A DNA stretch of 64,000 bases from Chiloscyllium plagiosum (lineage: Eukaryota). Where the stretch lies: the NCBI RefSeq assembly GCF_004010195.1, contig NC_057757.1, positions 47,800 through 111,799 of the forward strand. The letters are read 5' to 3'. Under the pieces are notes generated by a model. The model ran no database searches and was not told the DNA's origin. It saw nothing but the letters and a program-made list of their open reading frames with translations. The position numbers were made by a program, and so were the translations under genes. Positions 24,186 through 36,151 of this stretch are shown in pieces (within the stretch, counting starts at the first letter, position 1; every line of letters starts with the position of its first letter).

Positions 24186-24501
24186 TTTGTGCAAGTGGTC
24201 AACATGCCTTTGTGTGACTACACATGCCTGGTTAAAAACAATTACTGCAGATGCTGGAAACCAGATTCTGGATTATTGGTGCTGGAAGAGCACAGCAGTT
24301 CAGGCAGCATCCAAGGAGCTTCGAAAATTTGTGCAAGTGGTCAACATGCCTTTGTGTGACTACACATGCCTGGTAAAAACAATGACTGCAGATGCTGGAA
24401 ACCAGATTCTGGATTATTGGTGCTGGAAGAGCACAGCAGTTCAGGCAGCATCCAAGGAGCTTCGAAAACGACGTTTCGGGCAAAAGCCCTTCATCAGGAA
24501 T
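24186..24501 (-). mobile_element. Short Penelope-derived element in a 142-bp tandem duplication
   Basis: units start at 24186 and 24328; second copy extends through the hammerhead core to ggaat. Confidence 0.85.
24470..24497 (-). ncRNA. Minimal hammerhead ribozyme core (CUGAUGA-AGGGC UUUU GCCC-GAAAC-GUC)
   Basis: all invariant core nucleotides present, 4-bp stem II with UUUU loop, GUC cleavage triplet; stem I is weak. Confidence 0.65.
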
Positions 24502-24609
24502 CCTGTACTGGTTTCTGTGTGCACTCCTTTTACGTGTGTCCCTATACCTGTGCATGTGTATTTGTGTATACGTGTGTGTCTCTGTATACACAGAAACTGA
24601 AACTAAACA

Positions 24610-25170
24610 AGTGGTAGGACATTCAGCCCACCGGGCCTGCTGCACCATTCAATATGATCATAGCCAATCCTCTACCTCTATGCCATTTCCCACTTTCTCC
24701 CCATACCCTAAGATGCCTTTAAAATCTGAAAGTATATCTCTCTCTATCCTGATATATTCAATGGCTTGGCCTTCACAGCCCTCTGTGATAGAGAATTTCA
24801 CAGCTCACTACCCTTTGAATGAAGAACCTTTTCCTTATCTCAGTCCTAAAAGGTCCACCCTGTATTATGAGACTGTGTCCGAGTTCCAGACTTCCCAGCC
24901 ATGGAAAACATCTTCCCTACATCTAGTCTGTCCAATCCCATTAGAATTTTAGATGTTTCAAACAGATTCCCCCCCTCACCCCCTGTCCAGCATCCTTCTA
25001 AACTCTGGTGCAACTAGGCTGAGATGAACCAATCTCTCCTTAAAGGACAGTCCTACCATCTCCAGTATCAGTCGAGCAAATCTCCAGTGCACTCTCTCGA
25101 TGGCAAGTAATTCCTTTCTTAGGTGGGGACACTGAAACTGGATGTAATAGTTCAGGTGTGGTCTTACCAA
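24610..25170 (-). mobile_element. CR1-type LINE 3' fragment
   Basis: LVRPHLNYYIQFQCPHLRK motif (ORF 24976-25224). Confidence 0.8.
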
Positions 25171-25800
25171 GACAACAAATGGAGGTTCCGGTGTTCTACT
25201 GGACTGGACAAAGCCAGAAATCACACAATGTCCAATAAGTTAATTTAAAATCTTTTGAAAGCTTTTGGAGCATATTCCCTTTGTCAAATGGAGTCATTTG
25301 ATGAAGGGGCTATCCTCCGAAAGCTTGTGATTTCCAATAAACCTCTTGGACCATAACCTGGTGTCGTGAGCCTCCTGACCATGTGTGACTGCAGTAAACC
25401 ATCCACACTTCTGAACTCAAATCCGTGTGCAATGAAAACCCATATACTAAAGTTCCCACCTGCTTGCTGTACCTGCCTGTTCATCTTCATTGACAGAGTG
25501 AGAAGGTACCACTGGCCTGAGTTGTGATCTGCCCCAGGTCTGCTACCTTCCCACTTCACTATGGCCACCCGCTTGATCACACTTAGTCACGCACAGCATT
25601 CTGGGCACTGGATCACCCAAAACAAGGTCAGTGTCAACCAGTGAGGGGGGTCGGGGGGAGGGGGGGGGAACAGGGGGCAGGATATCTCATTAGAAAACCA
25701 GCATTGAGCCTGGGAACTTCTGACCTGTCTGTCTCAGAAGGGAGTGCCCTTACAAGGCGACCCACAGCAGATAAGAAGCCAGCAGCGTTGTTGACAGCAG

Positions 25801-26300
25801 NNNNNNNNNNNNNNNNNNNNNNNNNNNNNNNNNNNNNNNNNNNNNNNNNNNNNNNNNNNNNNNNNNNNNNNNNNNNNNNNNNNNNNNNNNNNNNNNNNNN
25901 NNNNNNNNNNNNNNNNNNNNNNNNNNNNNNNNNNNNNNNNNNNNNNNNNNNNNNNNNNNNNNNNNNNNNNNNNNNNNNNNNNNNNNNNNNNNNNNNNNNN
26001 NNNNNNNNNNNNNNNNNNNNNNNNNNNNNNNNNNNNNNNNNNNNNNNNNNNNNNNNNNNNNNNNNNNNNNNNNNNNNNNNNNNNNNNNNNNNNNNNNNNN
26101 NNNNNNNNNNNNNNNNNNNNNNNNNNNNNNNNNNNNNNNNNNNNNNNNNNNNNNNNNNNNNNNNNNNNNNNNNNNNNNNNNNNNNNNNNNNNNNNNNNNN
26201 NNNNNNNNNNNNNNNNNNNNNNNNNNNNNNNNNNNNNNNNNNNNNNNNNNNNNNNNNNNNNNNNNNNNNNNNNNNNNNNNNNNNNNNNNNNNNNNNNNNN
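25801..26300. other. Assembly gap (exactly 500 N)
   Basis: run of n characters; gene strand flips across it. Confidence 1.
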
Positions 26301-27043
26301 CACCACGGATCCAGAATTGGGAGCATCAGACCCTCCTGATATTATTACTCAGAGCCACAGTGGTTTACCAGGAATCATTTAAGACGCTCTCTGCTCCTTT
26401 CAGTTTTGTACCAGTTCTGGCTGAGTTTTTATATTCTTTATAAAGTCACAGTAAAATTTGTCATAAATGGTTAATCTTTTACTCTCAGTCTAGTCCCTGC
26501 TAGCTAGACTTTTCTATGTCTCAGCTGCATTCTAAACTCTCCCTGAGCTCTTGTTATCTGCATTCAATCGCATTCCCCCCTTAGCTGGTCCTCAACGCAC
26601 TACCTTTGAAAATCTTCATTCTTTACAGATTTCTCTGTAGTCTTGCTCTCTAACTTGGGAAGCTCTACACGTCATGTGATGTCCTTGAGTTTTCCTACTC
26701 TACACAGTGCCCTCTGCCTCGACCTCACCATCACTCACCCTGGCCCCTCACTCTGGAACATCCCCCTTAATTATCTTTGTTTTGCTGTCTCTCTCTCTCT
26801 CTCTTCTAGCTTGCAAGACGCCCTTCAAGAGCAACCTCTATGGTCACCCTGTTATTGTTTGCTACCTTTCTTTTTTTTGCCTGTCTCCCGTTACCCTTGA
26901 GAAAGTGGTAGTGAGCTTCCTTCTTCAACTGCTGTAGTCTATATGCTGTGGGTAGACCCACAATGCCCTTAGGGAGAGAATTTCTTCACCTCCACATATC
27001 ACTTTGAGGGTGTCTCCTAGCTCAATCCCGATAAAAGCAAGGG

Positions 27044-27410
27044 GTGTGTGTGTGTGCATGCGTGAGTGTGTGTATGTGTTCGTTTGTGTGTGCGCGCATG
27101 TGTGTATGTGTGCATGTGTGTGCGTGCATGTATGTGCATGTGTGGATGTGTGTTTGCGCATGAGTGTGTGCATGTGTGTGTATGCACATGTGAATGTATA
27201 TATGTACATGTGTGCATATATATGTGTGTATGAGAGTGCGTGTGTGTGTGCATGTCTGAATATGTGTGTTCGTATATGTGTGCATGTGTACAAGCACATA
27301 TGTGGATGCGTGTGTGTGTGTTTGTGCCTACATGTGTATATGTTTGTGTATGTGTATGTGCACATGTATGTATGTGTGTGTGTGTTTGTAAGAGAGAGAG
27401 AGAGAGAGAC
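27044..27410. repeat. Compound (TG/TA/CA) alternating purine-pyrimidine microsatellite followed by (GA)n
   Basis: directly visible; ends ~22 bp from the exon donor at 27432. Confidence 0.95.
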
Positions 27411-27432
27411 CGTTGCTGCATGTGACCCTCAC

Positions 27433-27597
27433 CTTGACTGTCTGTTCCCAGCGTACTTTCTCTGCGGCTAGACCGGATAGCAGCTTATCTGCACGATCCA
27501 TTTTGATCTCCATCTCCTCTGATCTTTTCCGCAGTTCTTCTTTTTGAGCCAGCTTTTCATCATATTGTTTCTTCAGCGTATCCAGCTTCTCAGCCAC
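27433..27597 (-). CDS. DNAH2: DNAH2 exon, stalk coiled coil CC2 (VAEKLDTLKKQYDEK...LLSGLAAEKVRWEQTVK)
   Basis: minus-strand cag / gtgagg; L.GL..EK.RW motif; 165 nt, phase 0-0. Confidence 0.94.
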
Positions 27598-27869
27598 CTG
27601 GTATAGGAAAAGGAAAAGGGCACTGAAAAATATCTCTGGCTCCTAGCACCAACCATAGCCAAGGCTTGTGCGTGTGCACATTTTACAATGTACTACATTT
27701 GAAGAAACTGCAGTACCAGAAGAGACAATTCCTACACATCCGCTCAGTCCTAAAGTCCTCTTTTCTCTGTATCTCTCACACATCTTCCCAGTTCCCTTTT
27801 AAATTTGGTGGGACAGTAGTTCTTCCACTGCCATCTCAAGCTCTGGCTGCTGCTATTTACAGAGTCATA

Positions 27870-29900
27870 GTTCTCTCTAGCATAGAGAAAAGCTCTTTAG
27901 TGTATCGAGTCTATGCCAGCCAAAATCAAGCACTAATTACTTTAATCCCATTTTCCAGCACTTGGCCCATAGCTTTGCATGCAAGTGCACTTCTAAATAC
28001 TTCTACATGTTATGAGAGTTTCTGCCTTATGGGAAATGATTTCCAGATTCCCACCACCCTCTCAGGGAAGCCATTTTCCAAACATCCTCCCTAAATCTCC
28101 TGCCCCTTCCCTTAAATCCATGCCCACTGGTCATTAGTGGCTCTATCAAGGGGAAAAGTTCCTTCCTGTATACCCCTCTTATAATTTTATACATCTCAAT
28201 CATGTCTCCCCTCAGTCTCCTCTGATACAAGAAAACCAACCCCAGTCTATCCAATCTCTCTGCAGAACTAAAACTTGACAATCCAGGTAACGTGCTGGTA
28301 AATATCCACTGCACCCTCCCCAGTGCTATCACATCCTTTCTAAAATGTGGATTTCAGTGCTGCAGACAATACTTAATTGTGACCTAACCAACATTTTATA
28401 CACTTCCAGCATCTCCTCCCTACTCTTGGCTAATAAAGGGAATGATCCCAAATACCTTCTTAATCAGTTTATCTACCCATTCCACCACAATAAGGTTACT
28501 GTGGACATGCACAATAAGATCCCTCTGATGTTCTCCACGGTTCTACTGTACGCCATGTATTCCATAGTCATAGAGATGTACAGCACAGAACAGACCCTTC
28601 AGTCCAACCCATCCATGTCGACCAGATATCCCAACCCAATCATGTCCCACCTGCCAGCACCCGGCCCATATCCCTCCAAACCCTTCCTATTCATATACCC
28701 ATCCAAATGCTTTTTAATGATGCAATTGTACCAGCCTACACCACTTCCTCTGGCAGCTCATTCCATACACATACCACCCTTTGCACGAAAAAGTTGTCCC
28801 TTAGGTCTCTTTTATATCTTTCCCCTCTCACCTATGCCCTCTAGTTCTGGACACTCCCACCCCAGGGAAAAGACTTTGCCTATTTACCCTATTCATGACC
28901 CAAATTATTTTGTAAACCTCTATAAGGTCACCCCTCAGCCTCCGACGCTCCAGGGAAAACGGCCCTAGCCTATTCAACCTCTCCTTATAGCTCAAATCCT
29001 CCAACCCTAGTAACATCCTTGTAAATTTTTTCTGAACCCTTTCAAGTTTCACAACATCTTTCTGATAGGAAGGAGACCAGAATTGCACACAATATTCCAA
29101 AAGTGGCCGAACCAATGTCCTGTACAGCCGCAACATGACCTCCCAACCCCTGTACTCAATACTCTGACCAATAAAGGAAAGCATACCAAATGCCTTCTTC
29201 ACCATCCTGTCTACCTGCGACTCCACTTTCAAGGAGCTATGAACCTGCACTCCAAGGTCTCCTTGTTCAGCAACGCTCTCTAGGACCTTATCATTAAATG
29301 TATCGTCCTGCTAAGATTTGTTTTCCCAAAAAGCAGCGCCTCACATTTATCTGAATTAAACTCCATCTGCCACTTCTCAGCCCATTGGCTCATCTGGTCA
29401 AGATCCTGTTGTAATCTGATGTAACCCTCTTTGCTGTCCACTACACCTCCAATTTTAGTGTCATCGGCAAATTCACTCACTGTATCTCTTATGCTCACAT
29501 CCAAATCATTTAAATAAATGATGAAAAGTAGTGGACCCAGCACCGATCCTTGTGGCACTCCACTGGTCACAGGCCTCCAGTCTGAAACACAACCCTCCAC
29601 CACTTAATCGTCCAGCATTCGCTATACCTACCAGCCTTTCCTGTCACCCTAACAGGAATTACAGAATTACACTGCCTTGATTGTCCTTCCCAAGAGCATC
29701 ACTTCACACTTATCTGGATTGAATTCCACTTGTCACACAGCATATCTGAGCAGCTCGCCTAGATCCCCCTGTTCTCCAAGCTAGTTACCACCACACTCAT
29801 TTTTGGATCATCTCTGAACTTACTGATCAATCCGCCTACATTCAAGTCCACATTATTTATATATACTGCAAATAGCAAGGTCCCTAATGCTGATTCCTGT
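27870..29900 (-). mobile_element. Nested CR1-type LINEs (younger copy 28563-29605 within an older copy)
   Basis: SGVPQGSVLGP and FADDTK RT motifs; LVRPLLEYCVQFWSP; two 3' tails. Confidence 0.88.
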
Positions 29901-32462
29901 CCCTTTACAGTTTTTGGATGAGTGCTGAATATATCTGGAGACAATGGCTTTTGCAGGAAATCTGCTTTCTAAACACAAAGGAAAGCAGATAGGGTTAAAT
30001 GCTCAGGCAGAGACTGCTTGGATGGTCAGACAAAGTATCATGCACTTATAACTCACTCACAGCTCCCCACTGTTCTCATCAAGCTAAAGTACACATTAGC
30101 AATGGGGAAAGGCCACTAATGAGCCTGCATCCTCATTAGAGATTAATCACTGCCCCTCAACCCATCACTCAATCCCTTCACAGAGACGGCTTCAGCCAAT
30201 TTATAACATTACTGCAAATAATCCTCTCTGGCAACTACATTCCCTGCTCTGTCACACCTTTTGACGGGAATGTTTGGTCACTTAATCAAAACAATCTTTA
30301 ACATGCATCCTCTGGTCCCAGAATTTGCCCAGCGAAGGTTTGACAATGCATACTCTGTGATTGTGAATGACACAATCAGGTCACCTTGAAGCCTCCTTAG
30401 TTTTCACTGACTGCAGTGCTGCCCGTAGGCCTCTGCCTGCAATTGTCCTTTGACCAGTAGTTGCAAAGGCACACGAGCGTCAGAGTGTGACACGTGACAA
30501 TATCACTGCCTTCATTTGCAGCAGAACCCCAGAACACCATGCAATGGCATCACTGAGGCAGAGACTGAAAACATATCAGGTCAGCAATTTGGAAACATGG
30601 AGAATATTCTAAGCGATTGGGGTTGTTCTCCTTGAAGCAGAGTTCTTAAGTGGAGATTTAATCGATGCATTTCAAATCACAAAGGGTTTTGATGGAGGGA
30701 ATACGGGGAAACAACAGCAGGAATGTCAGTAACCAGAAGGACACAGATTGAAGGGTAACTGGCGAAAAAATAAGAGGTGGAAATGATTGACACCCAGCTT
30801 CACTTTAAACATTCACACCCTCCACCACCAACACTCAGTAGGAACAGTGTGCACCATTAATAAGATGCACTGTAGCAACTCACCAAGGCTCCTTAAACCT
30901 TCCACAACCAGTATCACTATCGCCTGGGACAAGGGCAGCAGATACATGGGAGCACCACCACCAGCAAATTCCCCTCTGAGCCACATGCTTTCCTGACTTA
31001 CCACTCTTTCATTCCTCCCAGATCAAAATCCCAGAATTCTCTGACAACACTGAGGGTGTTCCTGCACCCAATAAACAGCAGTGGTTCCAGAAGGCAAGAA
31101 ACTGGGGATGGGCAACAATGCTGGTGATGCCCATATCCCATGAAAAACTTCTTTAAAATAATTAGTTCACAACAAATGATGATCTGGAATGTGTTGCTTG
31201 TAATGGCAGTGGAAGCAGAATTACTAGTAACCTGTGAGTCAAAGTGAATTAATTACACAGTCTTAGAGATGTACAGCACAGAAACAGACCATTCAGTCCA
31301 ACCCATCCATGCCAACCAGATATCCTAACCTAGTCTAGTCCCACCTGCAAGCACCCGGGCCATATCCCTCCAAACCCTTCCTATTCACATACCCATCCAA
31401 ATGCTTCTTAAATGCTGTAATTGTACTAGCCTCCACCACTTCCTCTGGCAGCTCATTCCAAACACGTACCACCCTCTGGGTGAAAAAGTTGCCCCTTAGG
31501 TCACTTTCATATCTTTCCCCTCTCACCAAAAACCTATACCCCTCTAGTTCTGGACTTCCCGACCCCAGGGAAAAGACCTTGGATGTAGGTTTGCTCGCTG
31601 AGCTGGAAGGCTCATTTCCAGACTATTAGTCACCCTACTAGGGAACATCTTCTGTGGCCCTCCGGCCAAAGCACTGTTGATGACTCCTGTTTTCTATTTA
31701 TATGTTTGGGATTCTTTGAGTTGGTGATGTCATGTCCTGTGGTGATGTAATTTCCTGTTCTTTTTGTCAGGGGGTGGTAGATGGGGTCTAATTCGATGTG
31801 TTTGTTTATAGAGTTCCAGTTGGAATGCCATGCTTCTAGGAATTCTCACGAGTGTCTCTGTTTGGCTTGTCCGAGGATGGATGTATTGTCCCAGTTGAAG
31901 TGGTGTCCTTCTTTACTGCATGTGAGGATTCTAGTGAGAGAGGGTCATGTCGTTTTGTGGCAAGTTGATGATCATGTATCCTGGTGGCTCGTTTTTTGCC
32001 TGTTTATTCAATGTAGTGTTTGTTACAGTTCTTGCACAGTATTTTGTAAATGACATTAGTTTTGCTTGTTGTCTATATAGGGTTTTTCATGTTCATTAGC
32101 TGCTGTTTTAGTGTGTAGGTGGGTTTGTGGGCTACCATGATGCCAATGGGTCTGAGTAGTCTGGCAGTCATTTCTGCCAAATATTGAACTACAGAAGCGA
32201 TCATCCCAACACCCACAAACGAAGCTGTATCAGAACATTATTTCAACAAGCCAACACATACTGCAGCACAGAGGAACTATGCAGAGCAGAGGAAAATCAC
32301 CTGTACCGTGTATTCAAAAAGAATGGGTACCCAATGAACACAGTCCACCGATTTCTCAGCAACAAACCCAAACAAGCAGACAAAACACATCCAGAAACCT
32401 TAGCCACTCTCCCCTACATCAAAGACATCTCGGAAATGACTGCCAGACTACTTAGACCTCTT

Positions 32463-32581
32463 TGAGGAGAAAGTGAGGTCTGCAGATGCTGGAGATCAGA
32501 GCTGGAAATGTGTTGCTGGAAAAGCGCAGCAGGTCAGGCAGCATCCAGGGAACAGGAGAATCGACGTTTCAGGCATAAGCC
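32463..32581 (-). mobile_element. Short Penelope-derived element nested in the Penelope copy
   Basis: perfect 15-bp TSD ctacttagacctctt at 32448-32462 and 32582-32596; truncated within hammerhead stem II. Confidence 0.88.
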
Positions 32582-33082
32582 CTACTTAGACCTCTTGGCA
32601 TCATGGTAGCCCACAAACCCACCTACACACTAAAACAGCAGCTAATGAACATGAAAAACCCTATATAGACAACAAGCAAAACTAATGTCATTTACAAAAT
32701 ACTGTGCAAGAACTGTAACAAACACTACATTGAATAAACAGGCAGAAAACTGCCACCAGGAGACATGATCATCAACTTGCCACAAAATGACATGACCCTC
32801 TCTCACTAGTATCATCACATGCAGGTAAGGAAGGACACCACTTTGAGTAGGACAATACATCCATCCTTGGACAAGCCAAACAGAGACATGCATGAGAATT
32901 CCTAGAAGCATGGCATTCCAACTGGAACTCTATAAACAAACACATCGAGTTAGACCCCATCTACCACCCCCTGACAAAAAGAACAGGAAATGACATTGCC
33001 ACAGGAAATGACATCACCAACCCAAAGAAACTCAAACATATAAATAGAAAGCAGGAGTCATCAGCAGTGCTTCGTCTGGAGC

Positions 33083-33122
33083 CCACTGAAGATATCCCCT
33101 AGTAGCGTGATGAAATGTTTGG
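33083..33122 (+). ncRNA. Decayed hammerhead ribozyme in the Penelope 3' pseudo-LTR
   Basis: cca CTGAAGA ...tagta... GAAA tgtt tgg; mirror copy at ~31618-31657; two-copy consensus CCA-CUGAAGA-UGUUCCC-UAGUA-GGGUGAC-GAAAC-GUC-UGG. Confidence 0.6.
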
Positions 33123-34617
33123 AAATGAACCTTCCAGCTCAGCGAGCAAACCTATATCCAGAACTTCGACTTGAGCTACAAATCCTCTCAAATCTCAGAA
33201 AAGACCTTATCTATTTATCCTATCCATGCCCCTCATGAGTTTATAAACCTCTGCAAGGTCAACTTTCAGCCTTCGATGCTCCAGGGAAAACAGCCACAGC
33301 CTCTCCCTGTAGCTCAAACCCTCCAACCCCAGCAACATCCTTGTAAGTCTTTTCTGACCCCTTTCATGTTTCACAACATCCTTCCTGTAGGAAGGAGACC
33401 AGAATTGCATGCAATATTCCAAAAGTGGCCTAACCAATGTCCTCTACAGCTGCAACATGACCTCCCAACTCCTGTACTCAATGCTCTGACCAATAAAGAA
33501 AAGCATACCAAATGCCTTCTTCACTATCCTATCTCGCATTTATCTGAATTGAACTCCATCTGCCACTTCTCAGCCCATTGGCCCATCTGATCAAGATCCT
33601 GTTGTAATCTGAGGTAACCCTCTTCGCTGTCCACTACACCTCCAATTTTGGTGTCATCGGCAAACTTATTAACCATACCTCTTACGCTCACGTCCAAATC
33701 ATTTATGTAAATGAGGAAAGGTAGAGGACCCAGCACTGATTCTTGTGGCACTCCACTGGTCACAGGCCTCCAGTCTGAAAAACAACCCTCCACCACCACC
33801 CTCTGTCTTCTACCTTTGAGCCAGTTCTGTATCCAAATGGCGAGTTCTCCCTGTATTCCATGAGATCTAACCTTGCTAACGAGTCTCCCATGGGGAACCT
33901 TGTCGGACGCCTTACTGAAGTCCATATAGATCAAGTCCACCACTCTGCCCTCATCAATCTTCTTTGTTGCTTCTCAAAAAATCTCAATCAAGTTCATAAG
34001 ACATGATTTTCCATACACAAAGCCATGCTGACTATCCCTAATCAATCCTTGCCTTTCTAAATACATGTAAAGCCTGTCTCTCAGGATTCCCTCCAACAAC
34101 TTGCCCACCGCTGATGTCAGGCTCAATATTCTCTGGTTCCTGGCTTTTCCTTACCACCTTTCTTAAATAGTGGCACCATGTTAGCTAGCCTCCAGTCTTC
34201 TGGCACCTCACCTGTGCCTATCGATGATACAAATATCTTAGCAAGGGGCCTAAGCAATCACTTCCCTAGCTTCCCATAGAGTTCTCGGGTGCTGTTCTTG
34301 AATTCTTGAAAAGCTCTGGGGAATGTGGAGCAGGAATAAGGAAGCTCTCTCAAAGCTTGTTGATTCTATGAGTGATGTTATTGACATGTGGGCACAATGC
34401 CATTTTAATGCAATCCCTTGACTTAATATTCATAGTTTGATGAGAAAGATGATAAAAAATTCAGGGAAGCAAACTGCAACATGAGTGGCCCAAAGCTGGC
34501 TTAGGGATGAGGATCTCGAGAGTTTTTTGTTTTAAACTCCTTACAGCGATCTAAAAAAGGGAGGTGGAAGATTAATAGTAACAGTGTAGCAGGACATTGT
34601 GAATAAACAGCACACAC

Positions 34618-34734
34618 CTCTCTTAACTTCGCCTGTGCGTCAGCGAGCAATGCCTGTTTCTCTGCAAGCTGTGCCATAGCATCCCTGAGCCGAATTCGCT
34701 TGGGTTCTACCACACGATACAATCTGCCATACAG
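34618..34734 (-). CDS. DNAH2: DNAH2 exon, stalk (LYGRLYRVVEPKRIRLRDAMAQLAEKQALLADAQAKLRE)
   Basis: minus-strand cacag / gtgtgt; VEPK motif; 117 nt. Confidence 0.94.
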
Positions 34735-35981
34735 CTGTGGGCAAATACAGAGAGAAACAGCAAGTTAGTCAAATAATTCACTGTGCTCCCAGCAAGAAAC
34801 ACATGGAAACTACTTTTAAAGAACTTTTATAGCCAATTTCTCACTTGCATTGTGGCCTAGACTTAGAGTCCCAATGACAGAGCTTAATATTTCTACTGAT
34901 GGAACCAAGGATTTTATTTTCTTTATTTTTCCATGGGACATGGGCATTGCTGGCAGGGCTAGCAGTATTGGGCCATCCTTAATTGTTCCTAAACCAAGCT
35001 GGGAGCTGGGCTATTTCGGAGTCCAGTTAAGAATCAATCACATTATTGTGGGTCTGCAGTCACATGTATAACAGACTAGGTAATGAAGACAGATTTCCTT
35101 CCTGAGAGGACACAAGTGAATCAGATGGGTTTTTATGGTTAGAATTAGAACTAGAATTAGAATTGATAGCTCCTTGGTCACCACCACTGAGACAAGTGTT
35201 TAATTCCAGATTTATCAATGAATGTAAATTCCACTGGAACACTAGCCTGGGCTGCTGGATTATTAGTCAAATGATTTTTAAAAATTCATTATGGGATGTG
35301 GAAGTCACTGGTCAGGGCAGTATTTATAGCCCAACGCTAATTGCCCAGAGGGCAGTTACAAGTCAACCCCTTTGCTGTGGGTCTGGAGTCACATATAGGC
35401 CAGACCAGGTAAGGATGGCAGTTTCCGACCCTAAAGGACATTAGTGACCCAGATGGGTTTTTCCTGATAATCAACAATGGATTCATAGTCATCATCAGAC
35501 ACTTAATTCCAGATTTTTGTTTTTGGATTCAACTTCCACCATCTGCTATGGCAGGATTTGAAGCTGTGCCCCACGGACATTAGCTGCGTCTCTGGATTGA
35601 TGGTCCAGTGATAATGCCACTAGACCTTTGCCTCCCCTTATCACCAATGCCATCGTCTCCCTTATTCTCAAACCCATCATATCCTCACAGACATCAGAAA
35701 GAGGGACATCCAGGGATATCTTGTGTAAAATGCATTTTATTTTATGTATCTGGGTTGATGACTCCTTAGTAATTTGGTCAAGGGGTTGGAGGACAATGAG
35801 AAAGCACATTTCTAAAAGAGAAGCTGGGAGTTAATTACTGAGAACCTGACAGAGAAAAAAATACAGCAAGGGACAAAGAAAAGGGCAAGTAAAGGAAATG
35901 AAAAGCTTACTAATGGGAGAGAAAGAAGGTGAAAGGTGGAGAGCAGTGTAGGGGGGGGGGGATAATCGAAACAATCCCTAC

Positions 35982-36151
35982 CTCCATGGCCAGGACCCAC
36001 ATACAGAGGGATTTTGCTGCCACAGATACACGACCGACAATTTCTGGCTGGAAGTCTGGTTGTGCACAGTATGTCCCAATTTTCTTCAGCACCTTGTCAG
36101 AAATATTGTCTTTGTCGAAATTAATGAGCTGCTTAATGAAGGTGCCCTCAC
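35982..36151 (-). CDS. DNAH2: DNAH2 exon, microtubule-binding domain (EGTFIKQLINFDKDNI...AAKSLCMWVLAME)
   Basis: tttcag / gtaggg; FDKDNI and SLC.WV motifs. Confidence 0.95.

Larger units (their letters stand above)
31581..33197 (+). mobile_element. Penelope-like retroelement, 5'-truncated with inverted ~600-bp arm (RT C-terminal linker and GIY-YIG endonuclease remnant)
   Basis: NYRSDHPNTHKRSCIRTLF...NGYP; VIYKILCKNCNKHYI.*TGR...H...FLEAWH; 31581-32177 is the reverse complement of the 3' part; 11-bp TSD gaaaagacctt at 31570-31580 and 33198-33208. Confidence 0.9.
31255..34290 (-). mobile_element. CR1-type LINE (RT and 3' end) interrupted by a Penelope element
   Basis: DFSKASDKVPH, SGVPQES, FADDTK motifs at 33524-33943; 3' tail at 31255-31570. 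Confidence 0.9.

Noticed and set aside
25634..26339. ORFs of 190-232 aa
   Set aside because: Artefacts of translating through the N gap.
26925..27471. His/Thr-rich and Cys/Val-rich ORFs
   Set aside because: Translations of a (CA/TG) microsatellite.
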